Shown here in pieces: positions 1 to 12,404 of a stretch of 55,917 nucleotides of DNA. The first letter of the stretch is position 1. Every line of letters starts with the position of its first letter. A program made the translations under genes and the position numbers. The stretch covers positions 1 to 55,917 of the forward strand of contig NW_021834010.1 of NCBI RefSeq assembly GCF_006345805.1, in the 5' to 3' direction. The notes beneath the pieces are model-generated. The model saw nothing but the letters and a program-made list of their open reading frames with translations, ran no database searches and had not been told where the DNA came from. The stretch is from Octopus sinensis. Lineage: Eukaryota.

Positions 1-834
1 ATACAAATATGCCTGCTTCTATGTTAATAATAGTATTGGGATACTTCCCAGGGATAGCTTCTGCTTGATAATCTAATAGTTAAGTGAGATAATGTATGTA
101 ATGAACCAAAACTCACCTTTTGTTTCAGAAATCTATAAAGCGGAGAACACAGATGGCGTTATAATTGAACTCTCTAAGAACGAAAACCACACGCCTCTAC
201 ATGTTTTTGTTCTACTTTTAATTTGGGTTTTTCTCCCCAAAAAAATTGTATTGTCCATTTTGTTTTCAGGAAATTTAAGTTTATTTTTCAAAACACCTAT
301 GACCATTGAAGTGTTGGTATAAATACTAGCCAAACTTGATGCATGTTTTAATATAACAACGCAGAATTTACAATCTGTGATGTGAAACGTGTGATCAAAG
401 CAGTGTGGTCAATGCTCGATAAACTATTGAGATGTGCAATTGAATCTGATGACTGATATTGTGGTCAGCATATAGAGACGTGTTGATAAATATAACTGAA
501 GTATCGATGCTGGTGTCACTTCAGTGGACTTAGGCTTAGAAAACCTTTAGCTTGCAATTTCAGTGGAACTGGTACCTTTTCGAAGTTAAGTTCTAAAGTT
601 ATAATTGTTCCTGCTCAAGCATGTATCTGCACTCTTATGCGCACGCTACGCTTGGATTTGATTTCTTTTCACTGCTATCAGTTTCATATATATTCACATT
701 TCCACTGTCCAGTACAGATGTGTTGCCCCTAGGAAGGTACGAGCCACTACGGCCTGACAACAGCTTCGTTTTTGGCATTATTCTCAGTTGCTAAATCTCA
801 GAATTGGTACGATGAAGTATCTAGTCAGTCGCTC

Positions 835-1000
835 TAATAGTGTCGACCTACACCCTGAATTAGTACTATATTCATCGACCCCTTATAGCAGGAAGAATTA
901 AAGATGACTTCAATGAGATTTGAAATCACAATGCAGAGGAAGAAGTCAAGTTCATCAAGGCATTACATCCGACACATTAACGACCTGACAAATTCGATGC
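835..1000 (-). mobile_element. Highly decayed SINE family B copy
   Basis: Reverse complement aligns loosely to the family B head and body (gagttcaaattc...gtcgactttgcctttcatcc...gtcgataaaataagtac). Confidence 0.55.
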
Positions 1001-1670
1001 TGGGAAAGCTAAACAATGGGTTGTTTTAGCAAGGCATATTTGCCGAGCATCCAAAATAAACACTACGCAGTTTCGCAGACACATGGCCACATCAAATAGT
1101 GTAGTCCTACTTGATGATCACCGATGGAACGCCTTCAAGACGTCTGAGATGAGAAAATCTATACCAACAAATATTTGTGACGAATCAGTGTAGGATAGTT
1201 GAACGTGGCTAAGTTTGAACATGACGGCCATATACGTTACTCTTTAGATTTCTAGAAAGCAATTATATGTGCTATGCATGCGTATAAATATGTGTGTTAG
1301 TGTGTTACGTAGGTCCTTGCTTAGTTATTTGTTCTTTGTATATAATATTTCCTGTTCACCTAATAATTCGTTTCTTTTCACCGTTCGGTCAACTCTATCG
1401 GTTTCTCGTTATTGTACGTGTCTTTTTTGTTATTAGTTCTGCTTTTGTGCGCCTTTCATCTCTGCTCATTCATACCCAAGCGGCTTACATTGCTAGCACC
1501 ATCAAATTGAAAAATGTTATCGTAAGTGTCGAAATTATGATGATACATTGCGGATAGCTGATGACGAAATGAGCATACCTGCATCCATTATATGCTTTTA
1601 CTACTTTTCCATAAGTTCCTTTGTCGTCCACCTGCGCCATATCATAAATATGTGTGTGTGTGTGTGTGTT

Positions 1671-2079
1671 GGCGCAGGAGTGGCTGTGTGGTAAGTAGCT
1701 TGCTTACCAACCACATGGTTCCGGGTTCAGTCCCACTGCGCGGCACCTTGGGCAAGTGTCTTCTACTATAGCCTTGCGCTGACCAAAGCCTTGTGGGTGG
1801 ATTTGGTAGACAGAAACTGAAAGAAGCCCGTCGTATACGTGTATATATGTGTGTGCGTGCGTGTGTGTGTTTGTGTGTATTTGTTTGTCCCCCTAGCATT
1901 GCTTGACAACCGATGCTGGTGTGTTTATGTCCCCGTTACTTAGCAGTTCGGCAAAAGAGACCGATAGAATAAGTACTGGGCTTACAAAAGAATAAGTCCC
2001 AGGCTCGATTTGCTCGATTAAAGGTGGTGCTCCAGCATGGCCGCTGTCAAATGACTGAAACAAGTAAAAGAGTAAAAGA

Positions 2080-2081
<2 letters not shown>
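1671..2081 (+). mobile_element. SINE family A, full length (tRNA-like head, CORE-like segment, internal (TA)n(TG)n, (AGTAAAAG)n tail)
   Basis: A-box-like TGGCTGTGTGG, B-box-like GGTTCAGTCCC, CCTTGGGCAAGT as in MIR/CORE-SINEs; more than 10 further copies in the window. May be one of the described octopus OK/OR SINEs; I cannot say which. Confidence 0.9.
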
Positions 2082-2118
<37 letters not shown>

Positions 2119-2123
2119 AATAT

Positions 2124-2300
2124 AACCGATGCTGGTGTGTTTATGTCCCCGTTACTTAGCGGTTCGGCAAAAGAGACCGATAGAATAAGTGCTGGGCTTA
2201 CAAACGAATAAGTCCCGGGGTCAAGTTGCTCGATTAAAGGCGGTGCTCCAGCATGGCCGCAGTGAAATGACTGAAACAAGTAAAAGAGTAAAAGAGTAAA
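2124..2300 (+). mobile_element. SINE family A, 3' half
   Basis: Repeats 1909-2081 directly after a (TA)n tract, same tail. Confidence 0.9.
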
Positions 2301-2976
2301 TGGTTTATTCTAGTATTCAGCATGACTTAAAATAACCTAAAGATTTGTCCTACTCTAATACAGTGCATCGATACTTCTATTGTTTATACTTACGATAGCG
2401 CTGATAAAAAACAGACCTACAATCAAATGCTTTCCATCCGTGTCCACTCTCTAATTTTTATACTATTGCACTTAAGCGTCTCAGATTTTTGAACTGCTGT
2501 ACATGAAAGTACTTGACTTTCATACAACATTTCACTGTAAGCTGCTGTTTTTATCTTGGAAGTAATTTAATTTTTATCAGCTGAATAATCATGAAAGGAA
2601 AGAAAACACACGGACCCCTCCCCCATCTACTAAATGCTCTTCATTCGCTACATTAAAGACATTAACGAGCAATTATTTCCTACATGAATTACAGTTGATT
2701 TCTGATCAATCGAGAGAGATCAATCATCGGAATTATTAATATATACATATGTTAATATATTCAGTGAGGTTTTTTTTTATTTCTGTGCTATTTTAAAATT
2801 AGAAGAATCAACACTTTGATACACAAATCATTTATTCCGAATAGCTTTTGTGTTCAGCATATCAATAGCATAAACACACTATTGATATATATATATATAT
2901 TTAGTACATTAAACGTGTTGATAACATAACAATTTATATATATATATAAAAGAGACCAAAGTGTACGTACGCCGCT

Positions 2977-2993
2977 ATCTATCTATCTATCTA

Positions 2994-3053
<60 letters not shown>

Positions 3054-3268
3054 GTGTGTGTGTGCACACATATATATATGTGTGTGCATATATATATATG
3101 TGTGTGTGTGTGTATGTACATATATAAATATGTGCATATATATACACACATACACACAAACATATATATATATATTCACACACAAAGATGCAACACAATT
3201 TTTTGTCAATGAATAGGCTGCAGTTTCGATTCCCATGTTAAGTTTTCCACGCTGCATTCGCTTTACTT

Positions 3269-3315
<47 letters not shown>

Positions 3316-3330
3316 CTGTGTGTATGCACA
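2977..3330. repeat. Compound (TATC)n/(TA)n/(TG)n microsatellite
   Basis: Directly visible. Confidence 0.95.
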
Positions 3331-3389
3331 TGTGTGTGTATAGATATTTACGTGTATCCACTCTAAGTCGAGATCAGGCGTTCAAATAA

Positions 3390-3510
3390 TTGCAGAGCAA
3401 CATAAGATGAAGGGTTTCGCCCAGGAACACAGCGCACCACCAAGTACAGAGACTGAAACTAGCATCTCACGTTTGTGAGACGATACCATAACCACTAACC
3501 CATGCGCCCT
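3390..3510 (-). mobile_element. SINE family D head, decayed
   Basis: Reverse complement matches the family D head seen at 36340-36480 and 51215-51342. Confidence 0.65.
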
Positions 3511-3515
3511 GATAT

Positions 3516-3753
3516 ACATCTATATCTGTCTATGGATCTTCCTATCTATGGATCTCTCTTTCTCTCTGTCTTTGTGTGTGTATATATAAATAAATATAAG
3601 CAATTAAGATTCAAGTCAATTCCAATGAATTTACTTGAATGTGGTACTTAACTTAGATGCACCAGAAAACTATATGGTGTTAACCATACAGTAATGTGGG
3701 GTGATTATAAACGAGAAAGAAGCAACAATAAATAAATATATAAACATAAATAA

Positions 3754-3804
<51 letters not shown>

Positions 3805-4015
3805 ATATACATACAAATATATATACATGTATACATATCTATATATATTAAGAGATAAATTTATAAAATTAAATAAATAAGGATAAGGTCGTTAATTTAA
3901 ATATCGATCTAATCAAGTGACGAACATCTATATCTGTCTATGGATCTTCCTATCTATGGATCTCTCCTTCTCTCTGTCTTTGTGTGTGTATATATAAATA
4001 AATATATAAACATAA

Positions 4016-4058
<43 letters not shown>

Positions 4059-4168
4059 CAAATATATATACATGTATACATATCTATATATATAAAGAGA
4101 TAAATATATAAAATTAAATAAATAAGGATAAGGTCGTTAATTTAAATATCGATCTAATCAAGTGACGA
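3516..4168. repeat. Local tandem duplication (3516-3923 / 3924-4168), second copy internally deleted
   Basis: Both copies start acatctatatctgtctatggatc and end aatcaagtgacga. Confidence 0.9.
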
Positions 4169-4350
4169 GCATGAGAATAAAAACTTTCAAAGGTAATAAT
4201 TATTATTAAACTTATAATTTAGAGTGTGCAAGGGATACCACCACGCTGGAAATAGCAACCAAAACGTGACTCTAAAACCACATTAAATGTTCATACAACA
4301 CAAGGAGAGAAGACAAAAAGACAAAATAAACTAGCAAAAATTACTGGATA

Positions 4351-4408
4351 ATTCTAGATTCCAGATTTCTGCCACTGCATAAGAAATGCTTTGCTTCATC
4401 AGTGTAAC
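4351..4408 (-). ncRNA. Decayed hammerhead-like motif (mirror copy in the other arm)
   Basis: gttaca-CTGATGA-agcaaagcatttcttatgcagtggca-GAAA-tctggaa-TC-tagaat; core intact, stems I and III damaged. Confidence 0.4.
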
Positions 4409-4619
4409 ATACACAGATAGTAACATAAATACACATATATCTACATATAACATACGAATACTCACATATACGAACGTATACTATAAATATGTGCATACAC
4501 GTATGCATACATACGTATGCATACGTGCATGTATATGTATGTATATGTTCGTATATGTAAGTATTCGTATGTTATATGTATATATATATATATATGTATT
4601 TATGTTACTATCTGTGTAT

Positions 4620-4677
4620 ATTCCACTGAAGAGGCAACGCATTTCTTATGCAGATCCAGAAATCCGGGATCTGGAAT
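4620..4677 (+). ncRNA. Type I hammerhead-ribozyme-like motif
   Basis: ATTCCA-CTGAAGA-(stem II region with GCAT/ttctt/ATGC hairpin)-GAAA-TCCGGGA-TC-TGGAAT: perfect 6-bp stem I, canonical core, near-palindromic stem III, AUC triplet. The base of stem II is mispaired. Confidence 0.55.
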
Positions 4678-6319
4678 TATCCAGTATTTTTTTGCTAGTT
4701 TATTTTGTCCTTTTGTCTTGCCTCCTGATGCTGTATGGACATTTAATGTGGTTTTAGAGTCAATTTTTTGCTGCTATTTCTAGCGTGGTGGTATCTCTTA
4801 GATACCCTAAATTATAATTTTAATATGTAAAGAGATAGATAGATAGATACATACATACATACATACAGACAGACATACACACACACCCATTACTGACGCA
4901 GTTATTGTTGAATGGGTAGAAAGTCCTCATCTTATTCATGAGGTTTGGGGTTCAATTCTTCTGAAGGAACTTTGTTTACGTATCTGTTAATATAAGCGCG
5001 GGTTGATACTATATGAGTGAAATTGAGTTGACGGAAAGTGTATGGAAGCCCACTGGATTGCATGTCCCTGTACATCTTGACCCCGCCATTGTGACATCGC
5101 TGGTTCGACCTTCTCACTGGTTTGGCCTCAGACGTTTTAATGCTTCCCTCGTTCTCTCCCTCTGTCTGTTCCTCCACACACTCTCCTACTCTCACTCTTT
5201 CTCTCCCTCCGAAACTTCGAAGTCATTTCGAAGAATTATATTCTTGTTTAAGAATGATAAATTTGTGCTCTACAAAAGTATAGAGTAACCAATCAGATTT
5301 ACAGAAAATTGTTTTTATAATAACTGAACATGAAGGCGGCTGCTGGCAGAATCGCTTGCACGCTGGACAAAATGCTAGCAATATATATTGTAACTATAAA
5401 CACTAATTTGTTTAAGTTGCTGGTATTGTTGTTGTAGTACTAAGCAATTGTTGGTGTAATTGACATGTTACGCTAATGTCTTGCTTCTGCTGATTTCTAT
5501 TCATTCTCAGGCAGCGTTCATGCTTTTAACGCTGTTGACACTGCTGGATTGAGTGGCCCTTCCAGGTGTCGAAACCACAGAGATAACCGTTCGGCAGCTG
5601 AAGATGGGAGTGTATATTTGATATGCTTTTTTTTGTGAATTCTTACGTCTGTAGGGTCTTGTTATTTACTAAGTTGCCTTCATTCTCGTGAAGCTAAAAG
5701 TGTTTGTCGATTCATTGTTTATGATGATTACCTATATTGATACTGAGAGATTGAATTCACAGCTAACCTCAGTAGTCTTGGATAACGCTAAGATAATGGT
5801 TTCTAGATTGTGTGTATGTGTGTGTGTATGGGTGTATGTGTTAGCGTTCCATAATCCTGCTAAGTGAATCGGTAAGTTCTGTTTCAGCTCTATCAGAATA
5901 GAAGAGAATATCGCCCAAGCTCTATTTTATTTGCAGGAATAGCTTTAGAGAAGAATGACTTCCAGAAAACATTTAGGTAACTAGCTCTGGCTCTCGCCTC
6001 TTTTATTTCTATTTTTATTTAGTTTTTCTTTTATTATTCTTGTTATATATTTGTTTAATATTTCTGTTTTATTTGTTTTTGTTATCGTTGTTGTTGGTTT
6101 TTATGTTTTAGTTATTGGAGAGCTTTTTTTTTCTTTTATACATTTCCGGTTGGTTTTTGCTTTGCTTTTGTTTTTGTTTTATTTATTTATTTTTGTCGGT
6201 CATTTATTTATTTTTAAACGAGAGATCGTGAGATCGTTCGTCAATCAAACAGCTATTCACAGCGTCATCGATCTTAACTTTCGGATTTGGCGACTATAAA
6301 TTTCTTTCCAAAATCTCAG

Positions 6320-6775
6320 ACACACCTGCGTACACACATACACATACACACACATACACACACACACACACATTTGGACATATTCTAGATACACATAAGC
6401 ACACAAACACATAGATAAAACACACATACACATTTAGACATATTCTGGATACACACGATAAAAAACACATACACATGCACACACACACACACATACACAC
6501 ATTTAGACATATTCCAGATACACACGAACACACAAACGCATAGATAAAAAAACACATACACACGCACACACATTTAAACATATTCCGGATGCACATAAGC
6601 ACACAGACGCATAGATGAAACACACATACGCACACGCAAACACACATTTAGATATATTCCGGATACATATAAGCACGCAAACGCATTGATAAAACACACA
6701 CACTCATTTAGACACTTTCCGACAGACACAAGAACACAAACACATAGATAAAACACGTATATAGACACACACACA
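6320..6775. repeat. Minisatellite, ~6 units of 60-75 bp built on (CA)n
   Basis: acattta/gga..atattc..gatacac...catagataaaa recurs at about 6370, 6431, 6499, 6569, 6644 and 6705. Confidence 0.85.
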
Positions 6776-7548
6776 TGCGAGCGTACAGACACAGAGACAT
6801 AGATACGTGCACTCACTCGCGCGCAAACTCACGCACATATAGACACAATCTCACAGGTAGATAGGCGCACGTAGGCACACAGATAGATACACATAAACAC
6901 ACGCATATACTTACACACACATTCGAGTAGGCACAATCGCAGACAGACACACGCACGCAAGCGCCTAAATGTAAGTATTCGTTTTATGTTCGTATGTTCG
7001 TAAGTCTACGTGCATGCGCGCGTTAGTGTGTGTGCTGCACGAATAGTGAAGGAAAGAGAAAGAGGGAAAGCAAGTGAGTGAGAGAGAGAGAGAGATGGAG
7101 GAATTAAATAAAAAAAATATGGCTGCATAATAGAGAGAAAGATTGTGTAAATGAAAGAGAATAAGAGAGAAAGATGCAGAAAAAAATAAAAACACAGCAA
7201 GAGAATTTGAGGGATATAGAGGTATATTAAGTGATGGATGAGGGTATATATACATGCGTGTGTATATATATATATGTATGTATAAATATTTATATATGTG
7301 TATATGCATATATGTTTATGCATATGTGTATAAGTATATATGTGATATATATACATATATATACATATTGTATACATACGTACAAGTATATATATAGGTA
7401 TAATGTATATGTACTTCTCTCTTTCTCTCACCCTCTCTCTCTCTCTCACTCTCTCTCTCTATATATATATATATCTGTCCCTCCCTGTCTCAATACTTTG
7501 TGTGTACGTAGACTTAGAGCACAGACAGATAGGTGTTTCTGTATATAT

Positions 7549-7597
<49 letters not shown>

Positions 7598-9574
7598 TGT
7601 GTTTGTGTATGTGCGTGTGTGACTGTCTGTGTATTCTGTGTGTATTTAGGTGTTATATAGGCATATCTGTTTGTATAGGTGCATACACACCATATATATA
7701 TATCTGTGTTTGCATATATATATATATATATAAACATTATATATATGTATATTACACACACATAGATGCATATATATTATACACATATATATTAATATAT
7801 GTTATACACACATACATATGTATATATATATACATATATATATATACAGAGGTAGAGAGAGAAAGAATGACAGAGACAGTGAAAGAGAAGTGAAAAAGAC
7901 CGTGTTAGAGAAAGAAAGAGAACGAAACGAATGAAAGGAGGTGTGAATGCGAAAAAGATTGCCAAGTCTATAAAATGGCGCTGTCTTCGATGATAGAGGA
8001 GACGCGATTCTACACGTTCGCAGCTTAACCGGTTCTTTTGTGCTGTTGCTTATCTAATAATAGGTATTAATTAATGACAGACAAAGATATATAACCTTTA
8101 GATAGCAGAGGGCGTTTATTGCATCAATTGAATTTCAGGGTGTTTTTATGAGCTTTCTCTCTTTCGAGAAGGAATGGTCACCGACCCTGTATTCCGTTTC
8201 TGTCGTAGCCGAATCTTTATTCTTTATTGGAAGAAGTGTTAACTTTCCCATTACTACTATTGTTCTACTGTTTTTCTATGTGGAATTATTTAGTTGATGT
8301 GGAGGTCTCCATATAACTCATTTCGCTTCTTTTCTTCTATCTTTTCTTTTGTCTTTTTTTTTAAATGAAATACAGGATTTAGTGAGATAGACTCGAGAGC
8401 AAATATCTGTAGGCGTGTGCTGGAATTGATCACATTGTCACAAGAACTTCTCTGTTATATATTATTTAATTGTCCAGCTTCAATGGAGGTGAAAGAAGTT
8501 CGACACCAACTGGATTGGAACGCATAACGTAAAGCTTCCAGGGGGCGTATATTCCAGGTGAGCTACGTGTATGCTGCTCACCTGTGAAAATGACAAATTT
8601 GCTATAAAAAGAGAGACAGATGAGCGTCCGTGACCTAAGGTAGGGTGAACGTAATTATTTTAGCTTAGGTTGTATCATATGTACAGGATATTTTTTATGG
8701 GAAAAAGGAAAAAAATAAGAGTGGATATTTATTTTATGAATGCTGTGTATTAAGTCTATAAAATTGTACATAAAATATATAAAGTGCATTAAGTAATAAT
8801 CGTATTCCAATTTCTTTCACTTTTCAATGAGTAGCAGATGATCGACTCTCATTCCATAGACACAACACAGGCTACGCTTTCAGATTTTTGGATAAAGTTT
8901 TCAGAAATAACCCATTAATTTACCATTAATTCCGTGAAATATTCACGGGGCCCGCTTGTATATGTAATTTCCAGTAACAGTAATGTTTTGCTCCGTAATT
9001 TTATTTTCTGTTGCTCGGTGAAATACACTGTAGTTTTTTTCCCCACTCTGTTTTAAATGAATTGAGATCTGGCCGATGAGTGTTCTAGTTGTATAGTTAA
9101 TATAATATTCGGCGCCATATTGTTTAAAGCGTTCACGTCTGCCATTAAATTAATACAACAATCGGTCTTTAGTAGTTTGTTAGCGGTTTTACATGCTTGC
9201 AGTTTGCTATTACTTGAAAGGTTTATTATTATTTTTATTTTAGTGTTTTTTGTAATATAATATTGATGCTAATTTATGACTTAGTATGATGCCTGTAATG
9301 TTCTGTTTTATGGGGTTTATGTTAATGTGTTTATCGGTTGTGTAAGTTCTCTGCCTTTGATTCATATAATAGACTTAAAACGCTTTAACGAGAAAACTGG
9401 AAGACAGGAAAATGAAACAACGATAAAAAGGAATATTATCAAAGTTTTTTAAATAATTTTTGTAAACACAAATGGAATTATATAGCGGCAGGTGTACGTG
9501 TTGCTGTTTTCACCATCATCTTCATCACTGGATTAATTAATTTATAAATTAATTGATTGATTGATTAATTAATG

Positions 9575-10038
9575 AGGCGAGGTGGCAAACTCGTTAGCAC
9601 GCCGGTCAAAATGCTTAACTGCATTTCGTTCATTGCATTATGAGTTCAAATTCCCCTGATGTAGACCTTGCCTTTCATCCTTTCGTTGTTGATAAATTTA
9701 GTACCAGTTGAATTCTGGGGCCGATGTCATCGACTGTCCCTCTCCTCTGCCAAATTTCAGGCCTTGTAACAAAATTTGAAATTATTAAAGCAGCATGCTG
9801 GCAGAAACGTTAGCACGCCGGGTGAAATGCTTAGCGGCATTTCCTCACTCTTTACGTCCCGAGTTCAAATTCCGCCGAGATCGACTTTGCCTTTCATCAT
9901 TTCGCGGTCGATAAATTAAGTACCAGTTGCGTACTGGGTCGATCTAATCGACTGGCCCCTTACCCCAAAATTTCGGGCCTTTTTATTATTATTAAGGCGG
10001 CGAGCTGGCAGAATCGTTAGCACGTCAGGCAAAATGCC
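9575..10038 (+). mobile_element. Three head-to-tail SINE family B copies (B2 tail; third is head only)
   Basis: Heads at about 9575, 9787 and 9994; tail ccccaaaatttcgggcc. Confidence 0.85.
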
Positions 10039-10084
10039 TTCTGTAAGTATATCCCTCTAAGATCCTCTCGATATACACACACAT

Positions 10085-10310
10085 ATATATAAAGGATCAA
10101 AGGTCCCTTCCGGTGCTGAACAGTGGGCTCATGCGTCTGGTTTCCCAGATTCTGTTTCGTATATCCTCCACAAGATTATTCATTTTTGTCAGACGAGTGA
10201 ACTGGAGCCACGTGAAATAAAAGTGTTTTGTGTTTCAAGAACACCGCGCAGGAATTTAACCACAATCTCACAAATATGTGTACAACACTTTAACCACTAA
10301 ACCACGCGTC
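10085..10310 (-). mobile_element. SINE family D, decayed, with the V-like tail variant
   Basis: Family D head; tail atacgaaacagaatctgggaaaccagacgcatgagccc resembles 42287-42325. Confidence 0.6.
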
Positions 10311-11139
10311 TCTATGTGTGTATATATATATATATATTACGTATTTATATGTGTATATACATATTAATATTATATTTATATCTCTATACATAATAATACA
10401 TAATGTATATATATATATTATATATATATATATATATATATCTACTTATATATATGCATAATATATATATACAAACAAACACTCATATATATTATATATA
10501 TATAATATATATATTATATATATGATATATATATATATAATATATATATTATATATATGATATATATATACATACATATATATATATATATATGCTCTCT
10601 GTGTATATATATATATATTATATATATATATATATATATAATAGATACATAGGTATATGTATATCCGGGTATACGTGCGTACACACAGATGCAAATAACA
10701 CTCCAATATATATCTTCAAAAAAATCACCATTCGCTGAAATATCGTTATTTTTCACAATTTATATATGTTTTTTTTTTTTTAGTTTCTCTTAGCAAAGAT
10801 ATCGACAAACTTTACGTTTCGGTAAAGACCCCTTACCTAGAAAAATAGGAGAGGAAAAAAAAAACAACTGTAAAAATCCTATCTAATAACAAGAAAACAA
10901 TAACGGTACCTACAAAACAAAGCAAAAAATAAAATGATGGAAATCGGAATGTGGAAAAAATATTATTATGCGTTAGACCCTTAAGGTAAACATTAACAGC
11001 AAATCAGAAACGCAACGGCCAGTAAATAATGATGTTTATATACATGTATACGCGTGTATACTTGTATATCTTATGTATGCATGTATGTGAATATATAGGT
11101 GTGTGTTTGTGTCTGTGTATGCATGTATGTATGTGAATA

Positions 11140-11171
<32 letters not shown>

Positions 11172-12119
11172 CATGTATGTTTTCGCATGTGAATATATAT
11201 GGACATATGAAAATAATGTGTGTGTGTGCACTTATATATATATATAAATATATATACATATATATATATATGTAGTACATATATATATATATAGCACATA
11301 TATATATATATATATACATATACACACTTACATATATCAATTTGTACACACACACATACACACTCACACATATATATATACGAACACACACCTTTATCAA
11401 TCTATGTATATATATAATATATATATATATACACCCACCTTTATCAATCTGTATATATATGTATACATATATAAACCCACATATATATACAAAGAATAAT
11501 AAATGTGGGTATATATATATATATATATACACATACAAAATAATATATGTGGGTTTATATATGTATACATATATATACAGATTGTGGTGTATGTGTGTGT
11601 GTGTATGAAGATAGGATAGGAATGATATAAAATGAAAATAAGAATGATTATACAAATAGAACCGATCGGATGATGGAGGCATAAAGCAATGATAGAAAGT
11701 ATGGAGAAAATTGGTAAGACGATAAGGGGAAAAGAAGAAGATATAACGCAATAAAAGGGAAGATGTGGCATAGCATGAAATGATATCAGGAACTGAAGTT
11801 TATGTTTATCATTGAAGAAAGACGTAGAAACACAAGACGGACATTTTGAGAGAAAAAGTGAGTGAAAGAACGAGAGTGGTAGTAGAAGTAGTTGGGCGAA
11901 TGGAACGTGCAAAATTGCACACTTATATATCTAAGTGTATATCTTAAGTTATCTAATGTTCTGTGAGTAATATCATATGAGGATGTATTTTTTTTTATAT
12001 ATATATTATAATATATACAGCGCTGGTACAGCTGTGTAGTTTAGAAGTTCGTTTTCGTATGCTCTTAGCTACATTTTTGGCTCACGTCTAATGATCCTTG
12101 CGTTCCACTATAAGCATAA

Positions 12120-12300
12120 GACTTGAAAATTAGCGGGTAAGGATGGGAACTAATCGATTGCATCGATACATCGGCTCCAGTACTTGAATGCTACTTTGTT
12201 TTATCGACTCCCCGAACAAGAACGGCAACGTCGACCTCGGCTGAATTTGAACTTAGATCGCTACGAATCTGAAGGAATATTGCAAAGTATTGTCTTAGAC
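12120..12300 (-). mobile_element. SINE family B (B2), decayed
   Basis: gtcgacctcggctgaatttgaactta on the + strand is the reverse complement of the family B head/body junction. Confidence 0.65.
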
Positions 12301-12404
12301 TCTCTAAAAGTTATGCAAACTCCCCTACTTGTCAAACAATTTCCACTATCTCCCACCTCCCGAAAATTGCTGCCCTTTTACCAACATTTGGAGCACTTAT
12401 TTTG

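Larger units (their letters stand above)
4203..4825. repeat. ~620-bp imperfect palindrome (fold-back)
   Basis: 4203-4480 aligns to the reverse complement of 4545-4825, e.g. gataccaccacgct, gactctaaaaccacattaaatg, gacaaaataaactagcaaaaa, tgcataagaaatgc, acacagatagtaacataaatac. Confidence 0.9.

Noticed and set aside
618-760. Minus-strand frame GRSGSYLPRGNTSVLDSG...SVACA* as a terminal exon
   Set aside because: No polypyrimidine tract at either possible acceptor and no recognisable motif.
1556-1575. CTGATGA-C-GAAA hammerhead core
   Set aside because: No room for stem II and no stem I/III pairing.
4932-5288. Overlapping 87/91-aa ORFs
   Set aside because: They span a decayed family A-related segment (~4990-5060) and a CT-rich tract.
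7970-8027. AAAATGGCG (YY1/start-codon-like motif) with a short ORF
   Set aside because: Single 9-mer, 17-codon ORF, no CpG island or other promoter support.
8376-8563. Strong acceptor at ~8376 and CAG|GTGAGC donor at ~8557
   Set aside because: All frames between the nearest acceptors and this donor contain stops; may be non-coding or repeat-derived.
8641-8962. Possible Tc1/mariner MITE including the palindrome ccgtgaaatattcacgg
   Set aside because: Could not find a matching pair of TIRs.
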